A program made the position numbers and the translations under genes. A stretch of DNA of 63,913 bases, filler included, from Conidiobolus incongruus B7586 (lineage: Eukaryota), in the NCBI GenBank assembly GCA_000697335.1. It is 29 parts of 29 records of this genome, joined end to end, with 100 filler letters (N's around TTAATTAATTAA, not from the genome) between each part and the next. Parts side by side here need not be neighbours in the genome. Positions count along the whole stretch, not along the records: positions 38,838 to 40,763 come from JNEM01001494.1; positions 40,864 to 42,773 come from JNEM01001495.1; positions 42,874 to 44,869 come from JNEM01001496.1; positions 44,970 to 46,752 come from JNEM01001497.1; positions 46,853 to 48,712 come from JNEM01001498.1; positions 48,813 to 50,655 come from JNEM01001499.1; positions 50,756 to 53,150 come from JNEM01001500.1; 22 more parts are not named here. One strand, written 5' to 3'. Below, one piece after another: positions 39,095-51,776 of the stretch (the stretch's first letter is position 1; each line of letters opens with the position of its first letter). The notes beneath the pieces were generated by a model. It did not search any database, had not been told where the DNA came from, and saw nothing but the letters and a program-made list of their open reading frames with translations.

Positions 39095-40662
39095 TATTAC
39101 CCTGCAAAAGTAAGTTATAAAATCAAAATTACTTATATATTTACTTATATCTTAAATAATTCTTAATTAAGTAAATTTAAATGAAAATATATAATTTACC
39201 TATATTAGTTGACTATAATTAACTATATTTAATTATATTTTATTAACTTTTGGTTAATATATTAAAACCTAAAATTTAACCAAGGTGAGTTATAAATTTG
39301 TGGGTTTATATGTTAAAGGGGTATAAATAAGAAAATTTATATATATCTTTTTTTCTTTTGTTATATTATATATATTATAAAATTATTAAGCTAATATTTT
39401 GAAATTAATATTATAATGCTTAAATCTCTTTATAAAAAAGTTCACTTACATATTAATTAACTTTATAATGAAAATAAATCAACTTGTAAGATTGTTAAAA
39501 TTACTAGTGTTAGTTAATCTATTATAGCTAGATTTATTAAGAATAATGTTAAAAAAACACCTAAACCAAAATTTAAATATATTAAAATTATTATTAAACA
39601 TGATAAAAAGTATATTTATAGATTAGTTACTATAGGTAAATATAATATTATTATAGAAATATAACAAGAATTATAAGACTATACAAGAATATTAGTTAAT
39701 ACTAATATTACTATATATACTTTATATTAAAATAAATACCACTTATATTTTAAGAAAAAACACCCCCAACTAAAAAAATCCCATTATAAAGCTAAGTGGG
39801 AATTTAAATGCCTACACTAAAGTTAAATTAAAATTAACTAGAATAAAGTTATTTAGTTTAATGAAACAAAAATATATTTTAATAAATTTAATAGAAGAAT
39901 TAAATATTTTAAAAAAAATAAAGAATCACTTTATAACTATTATATTATTATAACCCAAAAATACAATAATAGGTTAATTATAATTTAAAAATATATATTA
40001 TCTTTAGGTGTAAGGTATTTTTATAGGGTTGATAAGGGAATTAATACTAAAATATACTAAAGTATTTTAAATAATAAATTGAAAAAAACTATTAAGTGAT
40101 ATAAGTTAAATAAATTAGATATTATTTTCTAACAAGATAATACCCTTTATTATATTATAAATTCTACTATTAAATAGCTTAAAAATAACAAAATAACTAT
40201 TATAAAATAACCTCCTCAATTTTTTAATTTTAACCTAATTGAACATCTTTGGGATTAACTAAAAAAATCAATTAAAGTTTTCCCTTTAGCAAAAAATTTA
40301 AATCAACTTTAAAAGTATATTTAAGAAGCTTAGAATAATATTAGTTTTATTTAATATAAAAAGCTAGTTGACTCTATACCCCACAAACTTAAAGAAGTTA
40401 TAAAAACAAAAAATAGATATACTAGATATTAATTTTTCTGTCAATACTAAAACTTGCAAATTTATAACTTATCTTAAATATAATTTTAGTTTTAATATAT
40501 CAATTAATAATTAATTAAATTTAGCTTTATATATTACATTATAAATAAACAATATATATTAATTACATAGTTTAATATAAATTTATTTAAATAAGAATTG
40601 ATTAAGATATTAATAGAAATATTTATATTTTTAATTTTATAACTTATTTTTACAAGCTAGTG
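39095..40662 (+). mobile_element. Tc1-like DD34E transposon, copy B (full length 1568 bp, TA flanks, hypermutated)
   Basis: TIR consensus CACTGGCTTGCAAAAATAAGTCATAAAAT at both ends with flanking TA. Transposase 39416-40432 spans exactly 339 codons with many stops; motifs I*FNETK, F*QDNT and *PPQFFNFNLIEHLW. Confidence 0.92.
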
Positions 40663-42058
40663 TATAATTTTATTAAAATATAAAATGATATATGATGATA
40701 AATTTTTTATATATTTGGATTTTTTAATTATATATTCTGATATATTAATTATTGAAATTAGTANNNNNNNNNNNNNNNNNNNNNNNNNNNNNNNNNNNNN
40801 NNNNNNNTTAATTAATTAANNNNNNNNNNNNNNNNNNNNNNNNNNNNNNNNNNNNNNNNNNNNAATAAATATTATTATATTATAAATATTTAATTTATAA
40901 TTTAAAAGATATCACTATTTATCATTATAATATATTATATATTATTTTTTTTGATTAATTATTAAAGGCTATTATAAATTACGAATTATTACTTTAACAA
41001 TCTTAAATATATCTTTTCTCATTATGTTTTTTGAGAATCATATCAATTACTAATATTTAAATAATAATTAAACAATATATATTTTGAATATTAATCTTTT
41101 AATATTGATTAAATTTTCGTTTATTTTAATTTATATAATTTTATGTTTTAAATTATCAATTATTAATGAGTGCTATTTAAATTGATATTTAAACTAACTT
41201 TATAAAAGAATTATAATAATATTACTATTAAGAAGAAAAATTTAAATTAATTTAAGATATAATGTTTGGTATTATTCCTTATTTTTTTATTTAAAAATAT
41301 AATGATATTTGTTAATTAAATTATTTTTAATTTTTTAATTTAATTGCTAATTTAATTAAAATGATTTAAAGTATTATTAAGTTATTGCTTTATTATTAAT
41401 ATAAGTAATATAATTAAAAAAATATTTTAATAATTTTATATTTTATATTAAACCTTTATTTTTTTAATTTTAAGTAATTTTATCAATAAACATATAATAT
41501 TTGAACTATTAACATATAATGTTGTATATTTAATAATTATATGATTCAAATTTAAAACTATAAAAAAATTTATTTAGCTTGCATTAAAAAGTTTTTATCA
41601 TTACTTACTAACTGAATAATATGTGTAATAATATAATATATTTTTAATATATTTGAATATATCTTATTAATTGTTTTTATTGATAAAAAGTCAAAAAAGT
41701 TGAAAATATTAAATACACTTCAGCGAGAAAAGGAAAATAAAAGTTTTATTATTGATATTAAATTTTAATGGAGCTCAATGGAATGTTTTTAAGTATTTGG
41801 TTCAATAATGGTTGAAATTAATAATAAAAATGATATAAGATAAACATAATTATAAAAAATATAGTTGAGTAGTGAAATAAAATATAAATAATATGACATA
41901 TTTGAATACTTTGATGAAAATAATTTATATACATATTATAGAAATGCAAAAATAAAATAAATATTAAATAAAAAGATTAGAAAAAGATAAATTGATTAAA
42001 TCAAAGTTGATATAAGAATTCACTGTCAAACTATGTATAAGAAATTATTCAAAAACAA

Positions 42059-42129
42059 GCAATGGTGGTTTAGTGGTATAATTACCGCCTGCCACGCGGT
42101 AGACCGGGGTTCGATTCCCCGCCATTGCA
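42059..42129 (+). tRNA. tRNA-Gly(GCC)
   Basis: 71-nt cloverleaf; acceptor GCAATGG/CCATTGC; anticodon arm ACCGC-CTGCCAC-GCGGT; T arm GGTTCGATTCC. Confidence 0.96.
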
Positions 42130-42478
42130 TCTATTTTGTCAATCGTAATTTTTTAAACTATTAGCCTCAATTCTCGATTATATTTTTATTTAATTATTCA
42201 GGTTATTGCTTAATATATAATTAAATTTTGAAAATATATATATTTGTATTAAATTAAAATTAGATTTTCTTATAATAATATTTAACTACTATTTAATTTT
42301 TTTATCAAGTTAAAATAATTTTTAAATATATTAATGAAATGATTTAATATTTCTTAAATATAATATAGTAATATATATAACTTATTATTATATTTTATAC
42401 CTATTAATTAACCTGATTTTTTTAGATATTGTAGAAATATATATATATTAAATTATTTGGAAATTAAATTTATAATTA

Positions 42479-42773
42479 TTACCTTGAATTTGAAATAATG
42501 GGAAATTTTTTAATTTCTGATTTTTCAAACATATTATTGGTTTTAAAAAACAAATATATGTAAAATAAATAGGAAATTATATATTTTGATATTATATATA
42601 TATATATATTATTATTATTATTTTGATTAAAAAATCAACTTTTTAAAATTAGTTATTTAATTTAATTATATTTAAACTAAATAATAATTTATAAAAGTTT
42701 TTTATTTTAGTATTAGTAAAACTAAATTATAAACCCTTTAAAATTATTTAAAATTTAAAAATAGCTTTTAATA
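42479..42773 (+). mobile_element. Mariner-like family left TIR plus start of transposase
   Basis: TA-TTACCTTGAATTTGAAATAATGGGAAATTTTTTAATTTCTGATTTTTCAAAC, continuing into sequence matching the transposase 5' end; truncated by the linker. Confidence 0.75.
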
Positions 42774-42873
42774 NNNNNNNNNNNNNNNNNNNNNNNNNNN
42801 NNNNNNNNNNNNNNNNNTTAATTAATTAANNNNNNNNNNNNNNNNNNNNNNNNNNNNNNNNNNNNNNNNNNNN

Positions 42874-43290
42874 AATAAACTATAATAATATATATTATTT
42901 TTATTTAGATATTAACTAAGAATAGACTTAATATATTTTTTCTATTGTTTTTATATAAAATCATTTTTGGTTAAAAATCAAAAAATAATTTAAAAAGACC
43001 AATTATTGTATATTATAATAATAAATTATATAATATTATAGCTGTAAAAAAATTTCTAAATAAAGATAACTCAAAAAAGTTATTACATTTTATATATTCA
43101 CTATATTATAATTTATTCAATAATAATTACTTTATTTTATTAAAAAATAATCTTAAAAAATAGAAAATTTTTATATAATATGTTTAATTAATATATAAAG
43201 CATTAATTTTAGACTGTAATAAAAAATTTAGGTGTTAGAAGTTTATTAAAGATACAAAAAAAGTTATTAATTATTGAGAGTATAGATTTT
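42874..43290 (+). mobile_element. Mariner-like family fragment (3' half, eroded)
   Basis: ttaggtgttagaagtttattaaagatacaaaaaagttattaa at 43228-43270 matches 5960-6003. Confidence 0.55.
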
Positions 43291-45691
43291 ATATTATATA
43301 TTTAATTTTGTAAATTATATATAGTATTGCTTATTTATTTTAAGTCGCAAAAAAGCCTGATTATTTGAAATCCAAAGTAATATTTCAAAATTCATTAATT
43401 AACAAAATGAAGGAAATTAATATAACAGAATATCTATATAAAATAGTTTAATTCAATGAAATAAATTATCTTTCTCAAAATTAGGTCATTTAATGAAACA
43501 TTTTCAAATATATATATATATATATATTGATATAACTATTTAATTTCTGATTAAATTTACAATTCAATATTAAAATGATTAAGTGACAATTGAATCCGCA
43601 TGCACTTGATATATTTAACCTTCGTAGGTGTAAATACTATATTGCATAATTTAATATGAAATATATACATCTAATGAGATTATTTAGTCAATTGATTAAT
43701 CCGCCTTTATTGATTAATATATCGATAGTTCGTGCCTCAGGGAGGGGAGCCAGGATCGCATCATCAACTGATCTTAAATGTACTCTTATCTTCTTTCAAT
43801 AAAAAATAGTTTTAAATTTTTCTCTTTTTTGAATATTATTTTTGGGTTATTATAAAATTTACATATATCTTTTTATTTAAATTTTCAAATTATTACTAAT
43901 TACTATCAATTATTCTATATATCTTTATATGAATATGTATTTTCAATACAATCAAAGCTCAGTATAAATAAATAATATGCAACATATACTTGTTTATGTT
44001 AAACTATTCAATTAAGAGATATTGTTTTTATTTTAAAATTCTGATTCAATACTATATAATTGAAAAAATTAAATAATGTGACCAAATATGTTAAATAAAA
44101 ATTGGTTCACAAAATGTCAATTTGTCGAAACGTTACAATTATTATTAAAAATCTAAATTGAATATAGAACACTTAAAGTATTAAGCCTTCCTACTGAATG
44201 TATTTTTTGATCACTATTTGTTTATTATGTTTGATATATTTTTTCTAGACATATGAGACACGGATTTTTTTCTCTCAAAGCAAAACTTTTTGGTTTAAAT
44301 TAAAACAATATTAAAGAAATTTGTTGATTTCAGATAAAAGAGACATATTTTTTATAACATCCCATCCATAATAAAACTTCTTCAACGCTTTAATTTCACG
44401 AAGATATTCAGAAATTAATTAATCACAATACTCTTTTAAATCATATAAACTTTAATCAATATATTTATATTCGGTTTCAAATTTAAATTTTAATAGTTTT
44501 AATTTCATATATCTTGAAAATATTAATATTTCTCAAATAGTAATAAAAATCAATTAATGTATATAATAATTGAATATAATAAATTGATAAAAAAATTTCT
44601 GTTCCAAATAAACAACATGAACATAATAAAATATTACAACTGAGTTTGTAATATTAGTATAAAATTAAATAATAATATATTTTAATCGTCATATTTAAAT
44701 ATTTTTACAAATATATATCTTAAAAATGAATATTTAAAATATAGTAAATATTTTTTATTATTAATAATTTATTTTTATACACTTTGTAAGCTTATAATAA
44801 TATATAATAGTTTTTCTATTAAAGACTCATATTAAATATCTTAAAGATTAGTTTGTTTTATCTAATATANNNNNNNNNNNNNNNNNNNNNNNNNNNNNNN
44901 NNNNNNNNNNNNNTTAATTAATTAANNNNNNNNNNNNNNNNNNNNNNNNNNNNNNNNNNNNNNNNNNNNAAATATTAATTTTTATCATATAAATCAAATA
45001 TTAAATTAATTTTAGACCTTAAAATTATGAAATTATTTAATTTTTATATTAATATTCTATTATATTTCTTTATATATAAAATATGACTTGAATTATGGTG
45101 TTGAAAAAAAATATATCTTGAATAAATATTATTTAATATTATTTAATATTATTTATTTTTAAGCAATTAGTTAATTAAATCTATCAAACTTTTTTTTAAA
45201 TCTAATGGTGATAAAATTCTCTATTATTTAATAATAGAATATTAAATAGAATATTTCAATTGGAAGATATAATATATTAAAAAAATATAATTATATTAAA
45301 TATCAGAAGATTAAATATTATGTCCATATAAACCATTCTCTTAAAAAAATAAATTTCATAAAATTATATTAATAAAAATAACTTTTTTGAAAATAATAAA
45401 AAATATGATATAATAGAATAATAAAAAAATTAGCAAAATGTATTTTCAGACTTAATCAAGATAGTTAATTAATTAGCTATAACTTATAAAAGCTAAATCG
45501 ATGTAATATACCTTTTATTGCCCTATATTCTATCCTTGATCTTATCTATTATTAGTTTCTTAAAATCTATTAATAGAAAATAATAATTTAGTCATTATAA
45601 ACCATTGATCAATTATGATAAGAAGGTACTGATAAAGTGTACAAATATAATAGCTTAAACAAAGCTTAATTATTACTTAGTTCATTTATTG

Positions 45692-45747
45692 CTTGACTCC
45701 TGTTATTTGTTGATTGATTGAATCGACTCCTCCTACAGATTCGATCA
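45692..45747 (+). repeat. Dispersed ~55-bp GC-richer element, copy 2 (homologous to 12721-12776)
   Basis: See copy 1. Contains GACTCCT twice and a 10-bp stem TGATTGAATC/GATTCGATCA. Confidence 0.7.
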
Positions 45748-46946
45748 GTTATATTGATGTTATGTTAGTTGTTTATTATATTCAATAAATATCAGATTTT
45801 TATTTATATAAAATTATCCCAAAAAACTATAACTTTGTTAAAACCTGATAAAAACTTTTGTGCCTTATAAATCTAATATTGATTCAATTAATCTGCCTAC
45901 TATTAAGGTTAATTTTGATAATATAGTCTTTAAAAAATAAATATATAAATAAAAATAATAGACTAAAAGATGGATTATTAAATTTGATCAAAATATTTAA
46001 AATAGGCTATATTTTAATCGGAATAAAAAATCAGTGATTTCTATCCTTTATTTAAACAATAATTTTATAAAGAAATATAAACATATAAGTTGATAACTAA
46101 AATTTAAATTTAGCTTATTCTTTATACTTTTGAAATTTCTATTGAAATACCTAAGATTATTTGGAGGTTGAAAAAAAAACTAGGAATTCAAATGCTTTGA
46201 AATTTATTTTGAAAGATTTGGAGATTAAGATTTTAATTTCAATAATCTAAAATTTAATTCAATTAATTTATATATTTGTCCAAAATATATATTAAAATGA
46301 TATACGTCAATTAATTGTCATTTATATCAATTAATTTGAAAATTTATTTTTTAACTAATAAATAATTAATAACTAACAATTACTATTCAATTTAATATAT
46401 TTCATTGATATTAATTTAGATAAAAGTTAATAATTTAAAATTAGATAATATATAAGTTAATAAATAGAATTTAAATAAAGACTGAATATAATAATAATAA
46501 TTTGAAAAAATTAATTATAGTTAATAAATTGATGAAAATACCTAATATAAATAAAAGAAAATATAATTTTTAACATAAAATTATAATATATTTTATATCA
46601 ATAGGCTTGATTCAAAGATTTATTTATAATAATTTATTTTTTTTTGTTTAAAAATTAGTTAATAATTAATTTTAAATATTAAAAATCAAGGTATATATAA
46701 AAGTAAATAATAAATAAAATATCGTTAAATTTTTTATTATATAATATTATTTNNNNNNNNNNNNNNNNNNNNNNNNNNNNNNNNNNNNNNNNNNNNTTAA
46801 TTAATTAANNNNNNNNNNNNNNNNNNNNNNNNNNNNNNNNNNNNNNNNNNNNTAATAATATTTATTTAAAAAATTATAATATTTAATTTTTTTATCTTTA
46901 TTAAATTAAAAATACTAATATTAGTTTTAGATTAAAAATTTATATA

Positions 46947-48524
46947 TATTGGCCTATAAAAGTGAGTCATAAAATTATGATTATATATATAATAATCAAT
47001 TACTCTGTTAATTCTTAATCAAATTAATTTAAATTGAGATATATATTAAACTTATATTATTTATTTATAATTAAATATATTTGGTTTAATTATATTAACT
47101 TTTAATTAATATATTAAAATTTAAATTTTATCTAAGGTAAGTTATAAATTTATGTATTTTGGTTATAGAAAGAAAATTAAAACTTAGTATATCTGCCTTT
47201 TGCTTTCCTAACTTCCTTAAGTCTATAGGGTATAAAGTCAACTAACTTCTTATATCAAAAAGGATTAATTATATTCTAAACTTCTTAAACATATTTTTAA
47301 AGCTCATTTAAATTCTTTGCTAGTTGGAAAGCTTTATCTATTTTTTTTAACTAATCCCAAAGATATTCAATTAGATTAAAATTAAAAAATTTAGGAGGCT
47401 ATTTTATATTTGTAATTTTATTATTTTTAAACCATTTGGTAGTAAAAATAGCTATATAACAACAGGTATTATCTTGTTGGAAAATAATATATGATTTATT
47501 TAATTTATATCATTGAATAATTTTTTTAACTTATTATTTAGAGTACTTTAATATATTTTAGTATTAATTCCCCTATTAACTTTATAAAGATATTTTATAC
47601 CAAAAGATAATATATATATCTAAACTATAATTAATCCATTATTATATTGTTGGGTTAAAATAAAGTGATGGTAGTAAAGTAGTTGTTTGTTTTTTCTGAA
47701 ATATCTATCTTTTCTATTAAATTTACTAAGGTATATTTTGTTTTATCAGATTAAATAACCTTACTCTAATTAGTTTCAATTTAACTTTAGTAATGACATT
47801 CAAACTCCTATTTAATTTTATAATGGGATTTCTTTAGTTAAGGGTATTTTTTCTTAAGATGAAAGTGGTATCTATTATAGTATAAATCATTTATAATAAT
47901 ATCAATATTAACTAATATTTTTATATAGTTTTATAATTATTTTATATTTCTATAGCAATATTACACTTACCTATATTAACCAACCTATTAATATATATTT
48001 TATCATATATATTTATAATCTTAACATACTTAAGTTTAAGTTTAAATATATCCTTACCATAATTTTTAACAACCCTAGCTATAATAGACTAGTTAACACC
48101 AATTATTCTAGCAATCTTACAAATTGATTTATCTTTACCATATAGTTGATTAATATATAAGTGAATCTTTTCAAAGAGGGATTTAGGTATTATAATACTA
48201 ATATTTTTTAAAATAATAATTTACAATAATAGTATTAGTATATATATATATATATAATTTAATAAAAAAAAAGATTTAAGTAATTTTTTATTATATACCC
48301 TTTTAACTCTTAAACCTACAAATTTATAACTCTCCCTATTTATAATATAAGATTTGATATATTTACCAATAATATATTTAATATAATTAAATATCACCTA
48401 TTATAATCAGATAATATATCTTAATTATTTACTTTTATTTAAATTAATTTAGTTAAGAATTATTCAAAATATAGGTAAGTATAAAAGTGATTTTTATTTT
48501 ATGACTTATTTTTGCAAGCTAGTT
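46947..48524 (-). mobile_element. Tc1-like DD34E transposon, copy C (full length 1578 bp, hypermutated)
   Basis: Both TIRs present (tattggcctataaaagtgagtcataaaat; attttatgacttatttttgcaagctagtt) with TA flanks. Transposase 48190-47177 has VI*SDKTK, FQQDN and PPK...IE motifs. Confidence 0.92.
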
Positions 48525-48812
48525 TATATTAAGTTTAGATAAAAAAAATTTATTATTAAATTATTTTAGATCTTTATATAAAACCTTTTAAATAAAAATT
48601 CAATTATAATTTTAATTAAATATTTTTTAAAAAATATAAAGAGGATAATATTAGTTTATTAATATCTATAATATATAAGTTTAACTCAAGTAATTTAATT
48701 TAAAAAAATTCANNNNNNNNNNNNNNNNNNNNNNNNNNNNNNNNNNNNNNNNNNNNTTAATTAATTAANNNNNNNNNNNNNNNNNNNNNNNNNNNNNNNN
48801 NNNNNNNNNNNN

Positions 48813-50265
48813 TATATTTAATTATATTTAATATATTATTGGTTAATATATCAAATCTTAAATTTTAAATAGGGTGAGTCACAAATTTGCAAGTTTAGGA
48901 GTTAAAAGGGTATATAAAATAAAAATTACTTAAATCTTTTTTTCTTTTATTAAAATATATATATATATACTAATATTATTATTGTAAATTATTATTTTAA
49001 ATAATATTAGTATTAAAATGCCTAAATCCCTCTCTAAAAAAATTCACTTATATATTAATCAACTTTATAATAAAAATAAATCAACTTATAAGATTGCTGA
49101 AATTACTAGTGTCAGCTAATTTATTATAGCTAAGGTTATTAAAAATTATAGTAAGGATATATCTAAACTTAAACTTAAGTGTGTTAGGATTATAAATAAA
49201 CATGATAAAGAATATATTTGTAGGTTAGTTAGTATAGGTAAATGTAATATTGCTATAAAAATATAAAAAAAATTACAAGACTATATAAAAGTATTAGTTA
49301 GTACTAATACTATTATATATGCTTTATATTATAATAAATACCACTTATACCTCAACAAAAAACACCCTCAATTAAAGAAGTCTTACTATAAAACTAGGCA
49401 AGAGTTTAAATATTACCACTAAAGTTGAATTAAAATTAATTAAAATAAGGTTATTTAGTTTAATAAAACAAAAATATACTTTAGTAAATCTAATAGAAAA
49501 GCTAAATATTTCAAAAAAGACAAAGAACTACTTTATAACCATTATGTTATTTTAACCCAAAAATATAATAATAGGTAGATTATAGTTTAAGAATGTATGT
49601 TATCTTTTAATATAAGGTATCTTTGTAAAATTAATAGGGGAATTAATATTAAGATATACTAAAATATTTTAAACAATAAATTAAAAAAAAACTATTGAAT
49701 AATTTAGGTTAAATAAATTAGATATTATTTTCTAACAAGATAATACCCTTTGTTATACTATTATTTCTATTATCAAATAGTTTAAAAATAATAAAATAAT
49801 AGTTATAAAGTGGTTTTTTTAATCCCCTAACTTTAATCTAATTGAATATTTTTAGGATTAGTTAAAAAAAATAACTAAAGCTTTCCCATCAGTAAAAAAT
49901 TTAAATGAGCTTTGGGAATATATTTAAAAAGCTTAGAACAAAATAAATCCTTTTTAATATAAGAAGTTAGTTGACTCTATACCTTATAAACTTAAGGAAG
50001 TTAGGAAAGCAAAAGATAGATTTATTAAATTTTAATTTTCTTTTCAAAATCAAAATATACAAATTTATAACTCACTTTAGATAAAATTTAAATTTTAATA
50101 TATCAATTAAAAGTTAATATAATTAGATCAAATATACTTAATTATATATAAATAAAATAAGTTCATTATATGTTTTAATTAAAATTCATTTGATTAAGAA
50201 TTAACAGAGTTATTGATAATAATATATATAATCATAATTTTATGACTTATTTTTGCAAGCCAGTG
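48813..50265 (+). mobile_element. Tc1-like DD34E transposon, copy D (left end truncated by contig start)
   Basis: Transposase 49018-50035: MPKSLSKK...KVI*FNKTK...IIF*QDNTLCYT...KWFF*SPNFNLIEYF*...LVDSIPYKLKEVRKAKDRF, with one +1 slip in an A-run. Best-preserved right TIR, ...ttgcaagccagtg-TA. Confidence 0.92.
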
Positions 50266-50567
50266 TAGTTCTTTATTAGTAATATTTATTATTTAATTTA
50301 AAAATTTTATCATTTGATTATTTGAATATGATATATAATTTGATAATATTACTAATTTATAGTTTTTCCTTTTTTATAAAATCAATAAATTAAGAATTTA
50401 TTTTTTTATTTAATTTTTTGTAATTTTTATATATATTAATTAACTTTCATATATAACATTTTTTTCTATATTAGTAATTATATTATAGTTATTAATAGCT
50501 AAATTAACTTCAATAATATAATAAATAAAAAAAGATAGCTAATAATTTTGTGTTTTTTAGTTTAATA

Positions 50568-50655
50568 TTATCTTAAATTTAAAATAATGGGAAATTTTTT
50601 AATTTCTGATTTTTTAAATAAATTATTATTATAAAATAAATAAATATATACAAAT
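50568..50655 (+). mobile_element. Mariner-like family left TIR at contig end
   Basis: aaaataatgggaaattttttaatttctgattttt is essentially identical to about 42494-42525. Confidence 0.6.
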
Positions 50656-51284
50656 NNNNNNNNNNNNNNNNNNNNNNNNNNNNNNNNNNNNNNNNNNNNT
50701 TAATTAATTAANNNNNNNNNNNNNNNNNNNNNNNNNNNNNNNNNNNNNNNNNNNNAATAAATATTATAATAAAACTAAAAAAATAAAAGAATATATAAAG
50801 ATATTGAGAGTTTATTGAAAAAAGAAAATAATAATTAAATATAAAAAATAAATTTAATAAAATATTTTACCTATTAGTTAATATATTACCTTAACTGTAA
50901 TTTTAGGAAAAATAATGAATTTTAACTAAAAATATATATATTAGAATTTAATAACCTTAATATTAAATTTTTAAGAAAAATTTATATCAATTAAAAATAA
51001 AAATAATATATGGAAATAATAATATCAAAATTATAAATATAAGAATATTATAATAATTGAGAAAATTTAAATTATAAATTATTTGATATAAATATATACA
51101 TATATATAATTGTTTTTTGCGTTTTTTTGATGGTTGATATTATTTTTGGATTTTTATCCTTGTTTATATTACTTATATATATCTGTATAAAGAAGTTATA
51201 TATCAAGAATAAATGTTTAATTATTTGTATATATTATATGTTAGTGAATAATTCACTTTATGTTAAAACTATGTTGTATATTTG

Positions 51285-51757
51285 ATTATCTCTGAATACT
51301 GGAAATATAATAATATTGGTTCTAGAATATAACAAATAAAATAGGAATATTTATATATGTCCGAAATAGCTTTAATATAGTATTTTTTCTGTTCCAATTC
51401 TTTAAAATAAATCATTCTGATTATTTTCATCTGACCTTTCATGCACATTTTGTTTCCAATAAAAAATTTTACTTATAGGGCTTGTATCGAGATATATCTA
51501 TATTTGATAATGTCTGTATATTCTAATCATAATAATTTTCATTTTAGAATAAAATAAGTAGATTTAATATATTTAGTAATGTCCGAAATAAATTTTATAG
51601 TATCTTTGTTTTTCTTCCGTTCTAATTCTTCAAAATAAAATATTGTGATTTACTTTTCATCCGATATCCAAGCATAATATTTTGTCATGAAACAGTATAT
51701 ATAATCTTCTAATACAGCTTTTACCAAGATATATCTATACTGTATTTGAATTCTGAT
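51285..51757 (+). repeat. Diverged tandem duplication (~222-bp period) upstream of the 374-aa gene
   Basis: ATGTCCGAAATA at 51357 and 51579, each followed by gttc(c/t)aattctt(t/c)aaaataaa, ttttcatc and agatatatctata. Confidence 0.75.
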
Positions 51758-51776
51758 AAAACTTTATTGCCCTAAA

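Noticed and set aside
43724..43790. Functional hammerhead ribozyme or SECIS on the minus strand
   Set aside because: The core is TTGATGA/CGAAC rather than CTGATGA/GAAA, stem I does not form, and a SECIS stem II does not pair. Kept only as an unexplained island.
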